Shown here one piece after another: positions 1 through 11,776 of a DNA stretch of 64,000 bases (positions within the stretch are counted from its first letter, which is position 1; the number at the start of each line of letters is the position of its first letter). A model generated the notes under the pieces. It made no database searches, was not told where the DNA came from, and was given only the letters and a program-made list of their open reading frames with translations. The stretch comes from Octopus sinensis (Eukaryota), in NCBI RefSeq assembly GCF_006345805.1, contig NC_043001.1, forward strand, positions 744,001-808,000. The letters are read 5' to 3'. The position numbers and the translations under genes were made by a program.

Positions 1-1496
1 TGTTATCCCTCTGTTCAAAAAAGGTGACCGCACATCACCTGTCAACTATCGCCCCGTTAGTCTTATTAGCTGCATCGCCAAACTGATGGAATCCTGTGCC
101 AGAGAAACCCTCTGGAACTTCTGGCAGTCTCACAGCCTCATCCAGCCGTCACAATTTGGATTTATTCCTAACTCCAGCTGCTGTAATCAACTCATCGAGT
201 TTCTTGAGGACATTACCCAAATCACTGATTGCGGATCCTGGGTGGATGTTGTTTACCTGGACTTTGCTAAGGCTTTTAACTCTGTGCCACACAAAAGACT
301 TATGGTGAAACTCTCTGCGTTGGGAGTAAGAGACGATCTCTATAACTGGTTGAAGTCCTTTATTATCAGCTGAAAAGAGGTTGTCACAGTTCTAGGACAG
401 CACTCTTCACCCTATGAGATGACATCTGGTGTACCACAGGGATCTGTTCTTGGCCCCCTTTTATTTGTTGCATATGTTAATGACATAGATGCCAACTTAA
501 AGAATGCCACAGTGCTGAAATATGCAGAGGACATCAAGCTGTACCTCGAAATAAAGATGTCAGATCCTGTACACTATAGATCTCTATTGCAATCAGACCT
601 GGACACAATGCAGCAGTGGATCATGGACTGGCAACTCAAGCTGGCTGTGGACAAATGTGCCACCATGCATTCTGGGAGGAGAAACCCAGCGTCCACCTAC
701 TCCCTCCACAACACTAGTCTCAAAAATTCTTCATGTGAACGTGACCTGGGTGTTATTGTCAACAGTGATTTGCGTTGGACAAAACACATCGCTAAAATTG
801 CCAAGAAGGCTGAGGGTGTCTTGGCATCACTCACCAAGTCCTTTATGAGCCGCTCTCCGGCTATCTATCTGCGGCTTTATATAGCTATGGTAAGACCTCA
901 CCTGGAATTTGCATCACCAGTCTGGAACCCCTATGTTGCCCAGGATATTAATCGTCTGGAAGCCGTTCAGCAACGTGCAACCAAAAGAATACCCTCCATC
1001 AGGCATTTGCCATATTCTGAACGCCTTACTTCCCTGGGCATGGACACATTGAAACTCAGACGTCTGGCAGCTGACATGGCAGACACCCATAAAATTATTA
1101 ACCATCTTACAAGCAATAACTCTGAGCACCTTTTCAAACTCCATCCGTCTAACACCCGTGGGCATATTTACAAAGTCAGAAAACAGTACAACTCCCATGA
1201 CTTTTGGAAACATTTTTTCACGCTGAGAGTTGCTGAAGCATGGAACAAACTGTCGGCATCAGTTGTTAGTTGTCGGAGCACTGCATCCTTCAAAATTTCC
1301 ATGCTTTCTGAGATTCGCCAACACTACACCTGATTTTGTCCCCTCCACACACACACAAGCATGTATCTGACTCATACATTGTTTGCTTTCCAGACATTTG
1401 TACATTACTGTATACGCTTTATACGCACTTTCTGCCAAGTTGTGGTGCATCTGAGCACTGTATACAATAATTTCATTATTATTATTATTATTATTA
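1..1496 (+). mobile_element. CR1-clade LINE, 3' portion (RT domain, C-terminus, 3' UTR, (ATT)n tail); runs off the left edge
   Basis: One frame from base 2 gives VIPLFKKGD..NYRPVSLIS, QFGF, YLDFAKAFNSVPH, SGVPQGSVLGPLLF, RDLGVIV, VRPHLEFASPVWNP and EAWNKL, all CR1/L2-type RT motifs. A short 3' UTR follows and ends in (ATT)n at ~1474-1496. Confidence 0.92.
2..1333 (+). pseudogene. LINE ORF2 reverse transcriptase, disabled
   Basis: ORFs 86-373 and 419-1333 are in the same frame, separated by one TGA (371-373). The catalytic YADD reads YAED (tatgcagaggac). Confidence 0.88.
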
Positions 1497-2134
1497 TATG
1501 TGGTTTGATAGGTTACGAGAATATGGGTGGGGAGAGGCAGGTATTGGGCATGGGGAAAGGGTTTTGTTGGCAGGGAGTTTGAAGTTTCTCTGGGTCTGTG
1601 GGACATCCAGTTTGAATAACTCATAGAATTGGTGAAATTCGGAAGTTACAATCAATTAAATTACATTGCACACACACACATTAACACACACATACATAAG
1701 CACAAACACAGAGAATTTTGAAATTATGTCTTAGAGAAACCAGCAAAGCAGTTTGTTAGAAAATCTCAAAAGCAGAGAACACCCATATTGATATGGCAAT
1801 AAACATTACATCCATATAGAAACCAATTCACTTCATTTCACAATCTGTAACAAAACTACTACTACAGTTCTGTATTCTAGAGATGAGGAATTATTCACAT
1901 TATTTACATTATTTACATTTGACGGATATTTGTCCTCATCTTGTTTGTTGTTAACACAATGATATACCCTCTAGCCTTCACCAGGTGTCTTAGGGAAATT
2001 TTGAACCTGGGTTCTCATTCTTAAGGTATTTTTTGATGTTATTATTATTATCATTATTATTATTCAGGTCACTGCCTGGAATTGAACTTGGAATCTTGGT
2101 GTTAGTAGTCTGTGCCTTTAACCACTACGCCCAT

Positions 2135-2208
2135 GGGCATATGGTGTAGTGGTTAAGAGCGTGGGGTACTAACCCCAAGATTCCAAGTTCAATTCCAGGC
2201 AGTGACCT
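2135..2208 (+). ncRNA. tRNA-derived SINE head (pol III A/B boxes); not a functional tRNA
   Basis: A-box TGGTGTAGTGG, anticodon-arm-like TGGGG-tactaac-CCCA, B-box GTTCAATTCC. A mirrored, more diverged copy lies at 2067-2131 on the minus strand. Confidence 0.7.
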
Positions 2209-2211
2209 GAA

Positions 2212-2271
<60 letters not shown>

Positions 2272-2335
2272 TGATGATGATAATAACATCGAAAAATACC
2301 TTAGGAATGAGAACCCCGGTTCGAAATTGCCCCAA

Positions 2336-2381
2336 GACACCTGATGAAGGCTGGAGGGTATATCAGCTGAAACGTTGTGTT
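2336..2381 (+). ncRNA. Minimal type-I hammerhead-like motif
   Basis: GACAC-CTGATGA-A-GGCTG(gagggtatat)CAGCT-GAAAC-GTT-GTGTT. Stem I is GACAC/GTGTT, stem II GGCTG/CAGCT, and stem III the loopless palindrome AACGTT; the triplet is GUU. Confidence 0.5.
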
Positions 2382-3379
2382 AACAACAAACAAGATGAGG
2401 ACAAATATCTGTCAAATGTAAATAATGCAAAACTACTACTACTACAACTACTATTACTACTACCTCTACTACAAAGCTTTGTGAGTAGATATGATAAACA
2501 GAAACTGAAAGAAGCCTGTTGTATGCGTGTGAGAGTGTGTGTGTGTGTATATCTACACACACTCTCACAAATACATGCACACAAACACACACACACACAC
2601 ACACACACACGTGTGTGCCATAATTGTAAACAAGTTTCAGTATGAGACAAGTTGTGTTGTTTGTGCTGAGCCATTTGTGTGAAAGTATGTCCATCCTTGA
2701 GGAAATATTCCCTTGGCTGGAAACAGGGAGGGGTTGGCGATCAAAAGGGGGTCTGGTCATAGAAAATCTGACTCAAGGAATTCCATACAACACATGCAAG
2801 CAGAGAAAAGTGGACATTAACATGATGATGATGATTACACACACACACACACACTAATGAATTGAAAGAAAAAACATTGAAAATCATTTGTCGAAGGCAG
2901 TCAATTTAATTGGCTGAGTTTTTGCAAAGTCACACATCTCAAGATGGCTGAAATTTAAAATTGAAGACAATATTGTTTTTGATTTTCCATAAAAAGTCAT
3001 TTGAGTAGATGTGGCTTCACAGAAACTCACAAATAATGACTTTGGCTCAGCCACTTCGATGTGTGAGTGTGTGTGTGCATGTGAAGTATGTTTGAGAAAG
3101 GAAGACATGATCTTGTAATTAATTTCATGGCCTAAACATCCACATACACATTGTGAGTTTCCTCCCCTGGCAAGGTACATAACTTTGCTTTTCACAGTCT
3201 GCCTGACTGACAGACAGCTCCAATCATATTTCTCTGATGAGTGGTTTATGGTTGGGAAGGGCATTCAGCTGTAAAGATTTTTTTGTATCATCTATATCTA
3301 TCCCAGCAACATCTCATAGGAAAATGAAAAAAATAGTCATGAAAGAAATACTATTATCATCTTCCCCTTTTGTCAGTTT

Positions 3380-3730
3380 CCCCCCCATTCTTCAAAAGAA
3401 CCATTTTCCTTGTATTGCAATCTCTCATCTAAGAGGTACAAACCTTCCTATAGATTCACATCTTCCTAACTCTTTATTCTATTTCCATTGCATCTACCGT
3501 TTCACCTTCAACCAATCATACACTATTCCAAACCATATTGTAGTTCCATATCAGCGTTGCTATCTCCCTTGCTTGCATCATCTCACATTTTTGAGGCTCA
3601 GTTCTGTTGAATGTATTAATGTTGCTGTTGTTTGTAAACTTACAATCAAAGGGATTCTAGCCATGGCCACCCTGTCAATGTTTTTCAGATGTAGTAAGTA
3701 TACCTACATATACATTATCTAACATATCCT
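3380..3730 (-). mobile_element. Highly degenerate LINE C-terminal fragment (RTE/RTE-X-like)
   Basis: Minus-strand pieces read YVGILTTSE, RVAMARIP and YGTTIW (cf. YLG..., RIAMAK.AF, YGSETW) and are broken by frameshifts. Confidence 0.45.
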
Positions 3731-3786
3731 TTTTTACATTTCCAATTCTGTATGTGTATGTATCTTTCATATATAAATATTTTTTA

Positions 3787-3873
<87 letters not shown>

Positions 3874-4036
3874 TATGTACACATACATACACACTATTAT
3901 ATATAGATAGATATTCCTATCTTTCATACATATTATGCATACACACATATTTAGTTTATCGTTCTATTATTTGTAGGATCAGCAAAAAAGAGAACTCCAT
4001 CCAGTGCGAGATAAATTTCATTTACAATTTACAAAA

Positions 4037-4124
4037 GAGCTGCTAATAGTTTCATGCTTTAAGATACATTAAATTGGCAGATTTGTATAACATGTAATGT
4101 ATCTCCAAGCAATCTTTCAGGCTC
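4037..4124 (-). ncRNA. Degenerate type-I hammerhead ribozyme in Penelope terminal repeat
   Basis: Minus strand: GAGC-CTGA(A)AGA-T-TGCTTGGAGATACATT...AATGTATCTTAAAGCA-T-GAAAC-TATTA-GCA-GCTC. Stem I is GAGC/GCTC and stem II ~15 bp. The core has a 1-nt insertion, and GCA replaces GUA. Confidence 0.55.
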
Positions 4125-4239
4125 AGTTCATAATGTTAGATGTATTTAAAAACCAGGATGCTGGATAATGAGAGAAAATGAGATAACCAATGTTGCTGTA
4201 ACTAATGTAGAATAAAATAAGAGGAAGAAGGCCAAAGTC

Positions 4240-4720
4240 TGTGAGATAGTGACTCAATCTGGAATGGGTGATGTCCTCCAGTATGAAAGAAACCTGTCCA
4301 TGTTCTTGTATTTGGAAAAATTTTGGATCTGGAATTAAGTAGTATGATGGAGTTCTTGGACTTAAAAAGAATGTGTGATCTTTCAATGATGCCTAACTTG
4401 TTGCTCTGTGATCCATTTATATACAACATAGTTTTCTTCATGATTGTATTTGGTGTGCAGTTGGTCTTCAGATCACATTCATGACTAACCAGCTTAGTGG
4501 CCTTATTTGTATCAATGTGTCAGAAAGAAGTTTGATGGTTTGCATAATGGCTTTTAAAATTGTTTCTGCTGAAACTGATGCAACTTTTTCCTTCTCAATT
4601 ATGTTGTTTTGGAGCACTGCCGTAACTTCAGCTTCATAAATAACTGCATTTATCAAACATGCTGACCAGGTGGGCAAGCTTCCGGGTCTCCACACTTATG
4701 ACTGGGAGTGGGCATTTGGT
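4240..4720 (-). mobile_element. Penelope-like element, GIY-YIG endonuclease / C-terminal remnant
   Basis: Frameshifted minus-strand translation gives CLINAVIYEAEVT, FKSHYANHQTSF*HIDTNKATKLVSH and IIERSHILF..LLNSRSKIF, matching Penelope ORF C-termini. An HHR follows. Confidence 0.75.
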
Positions 4721-4724
4721 GTGC

Positions 4725-5560
4725 TACAAGTCGTCGTCGTTTACCGTCCGCTTTCCATGCTGGCATTGGAGCAGCAGCTGTTATGCAAACCACCAGTCTT
4801 ATTTTAAGCATCTTGGCAGTAATTCTTCATGGAACAGGGGCTTTCCTTGTTATCGTATCATTAACTGCTTTATCTGTCATACTACAATGGCTGGATTCTC
4901 TTTTGAGTTCATATTTGGAAGGCTCTTTCTTCAATGGATTCTCTGTATTGTGTAGCCTTTCAGAGAAACACTTCCATGTCTCTTTCTCTTCAGAATTAAG
5001 TGCAGTTTATCATTATCCATCTGTACACACTTACGCAACATCTCAATTCTCTCTGGAACATCTCACACCTTTGATCCTCATGCTTTAGAATATTGGCAAA
5101 TCTCCTCCTTTCTGCTTCTCCCTTTGTTAAATAGACCTGTCACCTGGCATCTCTTGTAGCCGCGTAGTGTCATTCTCTGCTGCTCACATTCTTCCAACAT
5201 TGTCTCTTTCCTTTTATGGCTCCATCTACCCCTCTGTTTCACCACCATGGCAGCCCTGGTATGACCGCAACTTTACCCCAGCAGTAGATTTGGTCTGTAG
5301 CTTTCCCTGTGTTGTTCCCTGTGTTATATGTTTCTACTTCTACTCATCAAATGCTTCAATTAAAACTTCACAAATTTCTCTCATTGGATCTTTAAGCTTC
5401 CATATCCTTCCTTTCAAGATTGGTTTGTGTCTCTGAGTCATTGCCAATCTGATTTGTGTGTCCATCGGACTGGTGGGTTGCTTTCCTGAAATTTCTGTCA
5501 CAAATCATTTGGTCATTTCTATCATAGAAATCCAAGAGACTCGTTTCCTCCTCATTTCAG
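4725..5560 (-). mobile_element. RTE-clade LINE fragment with internal deletion, abutting the Penelope remnant
   Basis: Minus strand reads IWKLKDP, WW*NRGVDGAIKGKRQCWK and a GKAP..ITAKMLK-like segment. It then joins directly to the RTE 3' terminus ccaatgccagcatggaaagcggacggtaaacgacgacgac. Confidence 0.75.
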
Positions 5561-7395
5561 GAATCCATCACACACACATTTATATGTGTGTGTATGTGTG
5601 CGTATATATGTGTGTGTGTGTGTGTGTGTATGTGTGTGTGCGTGTGTATATATATATATATATCCATATGTAAATATGTACATACGTCACCACCACCACC
5701 ACCCCTATTTGTCAGATACTTAATGACTACAACATCAATGATTAATCAAAAACAAACAGATGAGGGGAAGGAAATGTGAAAATAAATAACGAGAAGAGAA
5801 ATTAAAGTGAATTGAGATAAGTTTTAAGAAAATAATGTCTAACGAGGTAAATGTTTGGGTTCCATTAATTGAGAGCTTTTGATGCAAAACTGTGGATGGA
5901 AGCCGAGCTTTTATGTTGATGCTGTTTAGTTGTACGACAGCCCTTTTGGTGATGACTAATGATCAAAAATATTCCAGCCGTGACAATCTCCTTTTTGTAG
6001 GATTTTCAAGGACTACATTATCAAATGTGTCCTTTCTTTACTCAACATTGTAGGGGTGCGGTTGTGATTTGAGGCAAATTTTGGCTGCTATTTCTAACAA
6101 GTTAAACAACCACCTAGAGGCCCTCTCAGTCTACCTCATTCTTTTGTTCTTTTGGTTGGTTGAGCTCCTCATTAGCTCACGACCTCTGGTTGGTTTGGCC
6201 TGCCATCGGCTCAGCTCCTTATTGTAGTGTAACCCTTCATTCACTTAAGCTCCCTTTTCATGCAACTCAAAGAATTAAAAAAAAAAAGAAAATAATTTAG
6301 AAAGTAACCCTAATTTAGAAATGCTGTCATGGTGTCATTTTTTAAACTTTAGGATTTTTGGTTTTCGGTTCCCAACCAGAAGATTCCTGGTTTATTTCAT
6401 TGCTGGCAACAAGAGTGGCAAGGGAGTGCTTGTAGCTTTCAAGGGACTTTGCTGCCACCAAAGATTGTATCCTTCACCAATGTCTATCAACAAAGGTTGT
6501 AGAGATACATCTGTGTGTGTGTGTGTGTGCTTGTATGTGTGTGTGTGTGCATGTGTGTGTGTGTGCATGAGTGTGTATGTGCGTGTGTTGTGTGTGTTTG
6601 TGTGTGTGTGTGTGTGTGTATGTGGAGATCACTGAGTCAAAAGCAGCGATATTGTTGTCTTTTCTCCTATCAATAAGTTGTCTGCTGGTTTTGTACCTTG
6701 AACCCATGCAGAGTAAGAGATCCTTCACTTGAAAATCAGATAAGGGTTAGCAACAGCGAGGACCTCCATCTGTAAAACAATTCTTTAAGAATATAATCAA
6801 TTTACTCATTTAACTGCATGGAAAAATGAATCTATAAAGGTAAAACCAATTGCAAGAAGGTTTCCATGTCAATAAAGAAATGACATTTCGATGTTCAATG
6901 AAATGAAGGAGGTTAGAAATGAACGTTTACAAGTATTATTTATAAAACTGATGAATTGAATGTGAGGAGGAGGGAATGTTCATTAGGAAAATGATACAGA
7001 GAAGTGTTTAAAGGTGAATTCATTAAAATGGACTCAAGATATTTCAGGTAGTTATTAGGAATGGAGATAGTTTTATAAACCAGGTTAACACAATGGATTA
7101 TACATACATATTTGGATGTACTTTATTTGTAGGTTTACAAGGTGACCAATGGTGTCATGTGAAAAGTCCTTCACATGAAAATTTGGTTACCTTGCTAACC
7201 CACAAATAAAGACTATTTATCCACGAATGTGTTGAGTGCTTCAGCTCATTGTTCAATATTAACATGTTTATATTAATCTGGGTTTTTATGCTAAGTTATA
7301 ATACAAAAAAATTTTACAGTAAAGTGAAGGAGTGACCAATATCATTCTTATAAAAGAATAACGCACACACACACGTTTTAAATACATTTTTTTAA

Positions 7396-7572
7396 GGCCA
7401 AAACAATGCAAGTGATAAAAAATTAATAAATCAGGCTGATGGTTTGTACTCTTACCTGGTATTTCGACAGGTTTCCTTGAAGGGGTCCTAACCCTGAGCT
7501 ACTAAAATGCCAGCTTATAGTATTGACCATCAACCTGTATTAGTAATTTTTATAACTTACATTGTTTTGGCC
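7396..7572. mobile_element. MITE with TTAA target-site duplication and GG..CC ends (Kolobok-like)
   Basis: TTAA|GGCCAAAACAATG ... CATTGTTTTGGCC|TTAA, with ~55 bp imperfect TIRs; 177 bp total. Confidence 0.75.
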
Positions 7573-7632
7573 TTAAAAGGAATAAAACATCCATATATAT
7601 CAAACAATACCTCAGGAAAATAATACTACTCT

Positions 7633-7682
<50 letters not shown>

Positions 7683-10004
7683 AACAAGCACATATGCATG
7701 CACACATTCACACATGCATGCACAATAAATATAACAGCCAAGTAATAATAAGTGACAAGTGTTGTTCTCCATAATGTTGAGACTTATTTTGGTTGTAGTT
7801 TTATTGTCCTTGGTCACTTCTGACTCAGTAAACCTATGCTTAAATGTACTCCAGCCATGACTATCCCTTACTTTTCACACAATATACCCAGGACCATATC
7901 ACTTTTAAAGATAGTAGGCTGTGACTTGAGGGAGATTTGACTGCTAGTTCTAACAGGTCAAGCTAGCACACTGAGGCTCTCCTCTTTGCTTGTGGCCATT
8001 GGGAGTCTTCATATGAGGTGAAGTAACGCATGATTTATTGGAAAAGGTCTAACATCAAAGAATGATCGATCAGCTGGTATTGATCTTGAAACCAATTGCT
8101 AGATTCTGCAGCAACTTTATTTTCATTGAACTTTAAGAGGCAGAATGGAGCTGTTGCAGTCACTGGTTCTGAAATGATTGAATGAAATATGAAAAATCAA
8201 AAGATAAGGTAATCCTTTATTCTTATAAATTGTTTAATCCTTTATTCTAAAGATACACCACTTCATAACATCGTTTTTATCACTTTGCTGTGTATTTTAA
8301 TCATTCATCTGTACTGATTCCATTAAAACCTTCTGAACGGAGGATCACTGCTGGCAAAGTTTAGTTCCAGGAATACTGTACTCTTAAAAGATGGAGTTTA
8401 GAAAAACAAACTACATTGGGTAATGGCCAAGTGATTCAGAAGTCCACTAACCAACCATGTGATTTCAGGTTCCATCCCATAGTATGGATCTTTGGACAAG
8501 TGTCTTCCACTATAGCCTAGGACTGACCAAATACTGTGAGTGCATATGTATGAAATGCATTTGTGTGCATGTGTGTGCATGCATGCTTGCTGCTAGTGTT
8601 GACATTGCACGTTCTCTGCTGCGAATGAATGCCACGGCCACAAGAAATGTCATTCATTTTCAATAGTTGATGAAAACATGAATAACCATGGGGGAATATT
8701 AAATTGGAAACAAGTAAGTTGGTGACAGGAAGGGCATCCAGCTGTAGAAGCTCTACCTCAAAGAATTCCATGTGAACCAAATGGATATAAAAATGATGAC
8801 AATCATCCGCACCTCCTGGAATTCCCTGAGCTGGAAGATTTATGGTCAAAAGCACTCCAACCATGACAATCAAATATTGTTTGGATTATCTAGGATTAAA
8901 TCATCTAATATGTCTCTCTTTTAAGATAATAATGTGTCATTTAAAGAAGATTTATGACTATTTCTAGCAGATTGAGCAACCACATGCAGGCTTTCCTCAT
9001 GGTTTGTCTACCTTTATGGACAGCATTTTGCAGCATTTTTCAGCTGAACATTCAAAGATCAATTTCTGGTAAAGCTATTTCCCATCAGTTAATTTTCACA
9101 CGTTTGATCTCCATTTCTGGTAAACAACATACAGAGGTAGGTGCTGCACCTGTTGCACATAAAGGGGTTTCAGTACCTTGTCATTGGTTGAAATATAGAT
9201 TCAGTTGGTCATCTCATTACTTATGATCTCTTGATGGAAGGAGGAGGAGGAGGAAGGAGGGGACGAGGGTGGCAGAGGCAACATTTTACTGCAGTCTTGT
9301 TTTCAGACTGGAAGTGTATGAAGCAAGAAGCATGCTGTCTGTCTGTCTCTCTCAGCCTTTAATATACACAAGCAATAACTAAAATGATGTAGGATGTGTT
9401 ACCGAAATGGACATTAGGGATGAAAGAAATATTTAAGTTCTCTTTTATCTTTGTAACGAAACAACATTTATTAAAATATGTTCAAATGGCATTTATATAT
9501 CATCATCATTTTAATGTTTACTTTTTTATGCTTGCATGGATCACAAAGATTTTACTGAGGTAGAATTTTCTATGGCCAGGTGCCCTTCCTGATGCCAACC
9601 CACATCCATTTCTAAACAAGTCAATAATCCTTCTGCCGATCAAACAACAAACAGATGACACCATTTGTATAAATGGAGACATTTTGGTTACAGTCAGCAG
9701 GTTTCTGTTGAGACAGGGAGCAGTATCATAACTGGAAACATGGTTACCTGCTCAATGACTTAATGTCACTAGACATACATGTGATAGCCATCAGCAATAC
9801 CAGAGCTTCCAATCCACCACATCTTTTAGTGGAAACAACTGTAAGCTAATGAAGTTCATAAGATATCTTTTTATTCCTTTGTCATCTCATTTCTTATTAC
9901 TGCTCTGTATTCGACTAACACTTTGTTCTGAAGCATGCATATACTGAGTTCTATACCAGGTTATCAATCTCAGTACTTAACCAATATATATATATATATA
10001 TATA

Positions 10005-10327
10005 TAGGAATAAAAAATGGAGTCAACGCAGGTTTAAACAAGTATTTTTTCTTTCTACATATGTTTCAAAAATTCCACTGATACTTATTCAAAAGAATAA
10101 AAGGTATAAAAAATGCAATTTTTGAAACATATGTAGAAAGAAAAAATACTTGTTTAAACCGGCGTTGACTCCATTTTTTATTCCTATTATTCAAATATTC
10201 AACGTAAACACGAAGTTTCAACCTTTATAAACAAGGAGTTACAACATCTTTACTTGTGAGATTTTGCTGCCCTGGTAACTATTCATTCATATATCCGTGT
10301 TAATTGTTAACAAGGTAAAATACACTC

Positions 10328-10335
<8 letters not shown>
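10005..10335. mobile_element. Foldback element between (TA)n runs: ~65 bp near-perfect inverted arms plus ~150 bp one-sided tail
   Basis: taggaataaaaaatggagtcaacg..atgtttcaaaaatt (from 10005) vs aatttttgaaacat..cgttgactccattttttattccta (to 10186). The arm contains GAAAC-ATAT-GTA. Confidence 0.75.
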
Positions 10336-10378
<43 letters not shown>

Positions 10379-10562
10379 ATGTAGTTGTTGGTTATGGCTG
10401 GTCAAGAAGTTACCATTGGTTTTGCATCTATTATGTTCTTTACATTATAGGCAATGTCTCAGGTCTGCTAACAAGATGCAAATAACCTCTCAAATATTAC
10501 TGCTCAGAAGATTTTAGCGGATGCATTTCTTTAAAGACTTATGAACAACTGACTGATTTTAT

Positions 10563-10735
10563 ATCATCATCATCATTTAGTGTCCGTTTTCCATGCTAGC
10601 ATGGGTTGGACGGTTTAACTGGGGTCTGCGAAGCCGGAAGGCTTCATCAGGCCCAGTCAGATTTGGCAGTGTTTCTACGGCTGGATGCCCTTCCTAACGC
10701 CAACCACTCCGTGAGTGTAGTGGGTGCTTTTTACG
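10563..10735 (-). mobile_element. SINE with RTE-derived 3' tail ((GAT)n tail)
   Basis: catcatcatttagtgtccgttttccatgctagcatgggttggacgg...ctggatgcccttcctaacgccaaccactcc; the same family recurs throughout the window. Confidence 0.8.
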
Positions 10736-11084
10736 TATATATATAAAAGCACACATACATACATACATAAAACAACACGTACAAATCTGCATGCATACAT
10801 ACAAACAAACAAACAAAAATATCCTGTTGTTGATGTTAAAACTCCAGTGAAGGAACCTTGGATCTAGGTTAGAAACTGGTTCTTTCTCTATTGGCAGGAA
10901 ATCTTGAAATAAAACTGAGCCATGATATACATACATACACACACACATACACACACACATACACGCACACATACACACACATACACACACATACACACAC
11001 ACATACACACACATACACACATACACACACATACACACATATGTGAAATCGTGGTTGTAGCCATTGTTGGTAATTGGCAGCTGT

Positions 11085-11262
11085 GCTGGTGGCACATAAA
11101 AGCACTCATCCCACCGTCAGAGTGGTTGGCGTTGGGAAGGCCATCCAGGCATAGAAACCAAATTAGGCTGGAGCCTGGTGCACCTCTGCAGCTTACCAGC
11201 CCTGGTCATACCATCCAACCCACACCAACACTGACAACAGACGCTAAATGATAATGATGAGG
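11085..11262 (+). mobile_element. RTE-tail SINE
   Basis: gtggttggcgttgggaaggccatcc...ccatccaacc...gacgctaaatgataatgatg. Confidence 0.7.
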
Positions 11263-11268
11263 ATGATG

Positions 11269-11310
<42 letters not shown>

Positions 11311-11745
11311 CACAAATAGCACCTTAAAGAGAGAAATAACAATATTTCTGGAAAACAAATAAAATTAAAATGAATGGAACAAAGAACACAAGGAATTGGG
11401 AGTTGGAAAGAAAACGAAATATTCCATGCAGACCATCAGCATGCGAGGAGCGAAGGAATAGGGTAAAGTCCTGGAATTGAAACGCAAACAGCTTTCCATG
11501 TTGTTTATTGTAGAAGTCAACCTAACAATAGGCAGACTGAGAAAGAAAGGAAGAAAAAGAGAAAGAAAGAAAGAAAGAAAAGAAAGAAAGAAAGAAAGAA
11601 AGAAATGCTTTCCAGTCTGCGGCAAATGATAATTATTTTTGAGATGAAGAATACTTCTGATATAAAACATATACTATGGAATTTGTAAAGGAGATATTTG
11701 GTGATAATGCAAATATACATTCTATCTACTTATCTGGCAATAAAC

Positions 11746-11776
<31 letters not shown>

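Larger units (their letters stand above)
1870..2428. mobile_element. Palindromic (head-to-head) element: each arm is a tRNA-like head + (TAA)n + HHR-like body; unique tail on the left side
   Basis: 1906-2131 is the reverse complement of 2135-2428 (e.g. acattatttacatttgac vs gtcaaatgtaaataatg; ggtcactgcctggaattgaacttggaatcttgg vs ccaagattccaagttcaattccaggcagtgacc). The centre is GCCCATGGGC at 2129-2138. Confidence 0.85.

Noticed and set aside
2135-2208. Functional tRNA gene
   Set aside because: The acceptor stem is mismatched, the copy is embedded in a palindromic repeat and followed by (TAA)n; it is a SINE-type head.
4708-5088. 126-aa hydrophobic plus-strand ORF (membrane protein)
   Set aside because: It is the antisense of the RTE fragment.
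7456-7534. Host-gene coding exon
   Set aside because: It lies wholly inside a TTAA-flanked MITE; the neighbouring 11-nt microexon signal (7561-7571) is part of the TIR and leaves a 26-nt intron.
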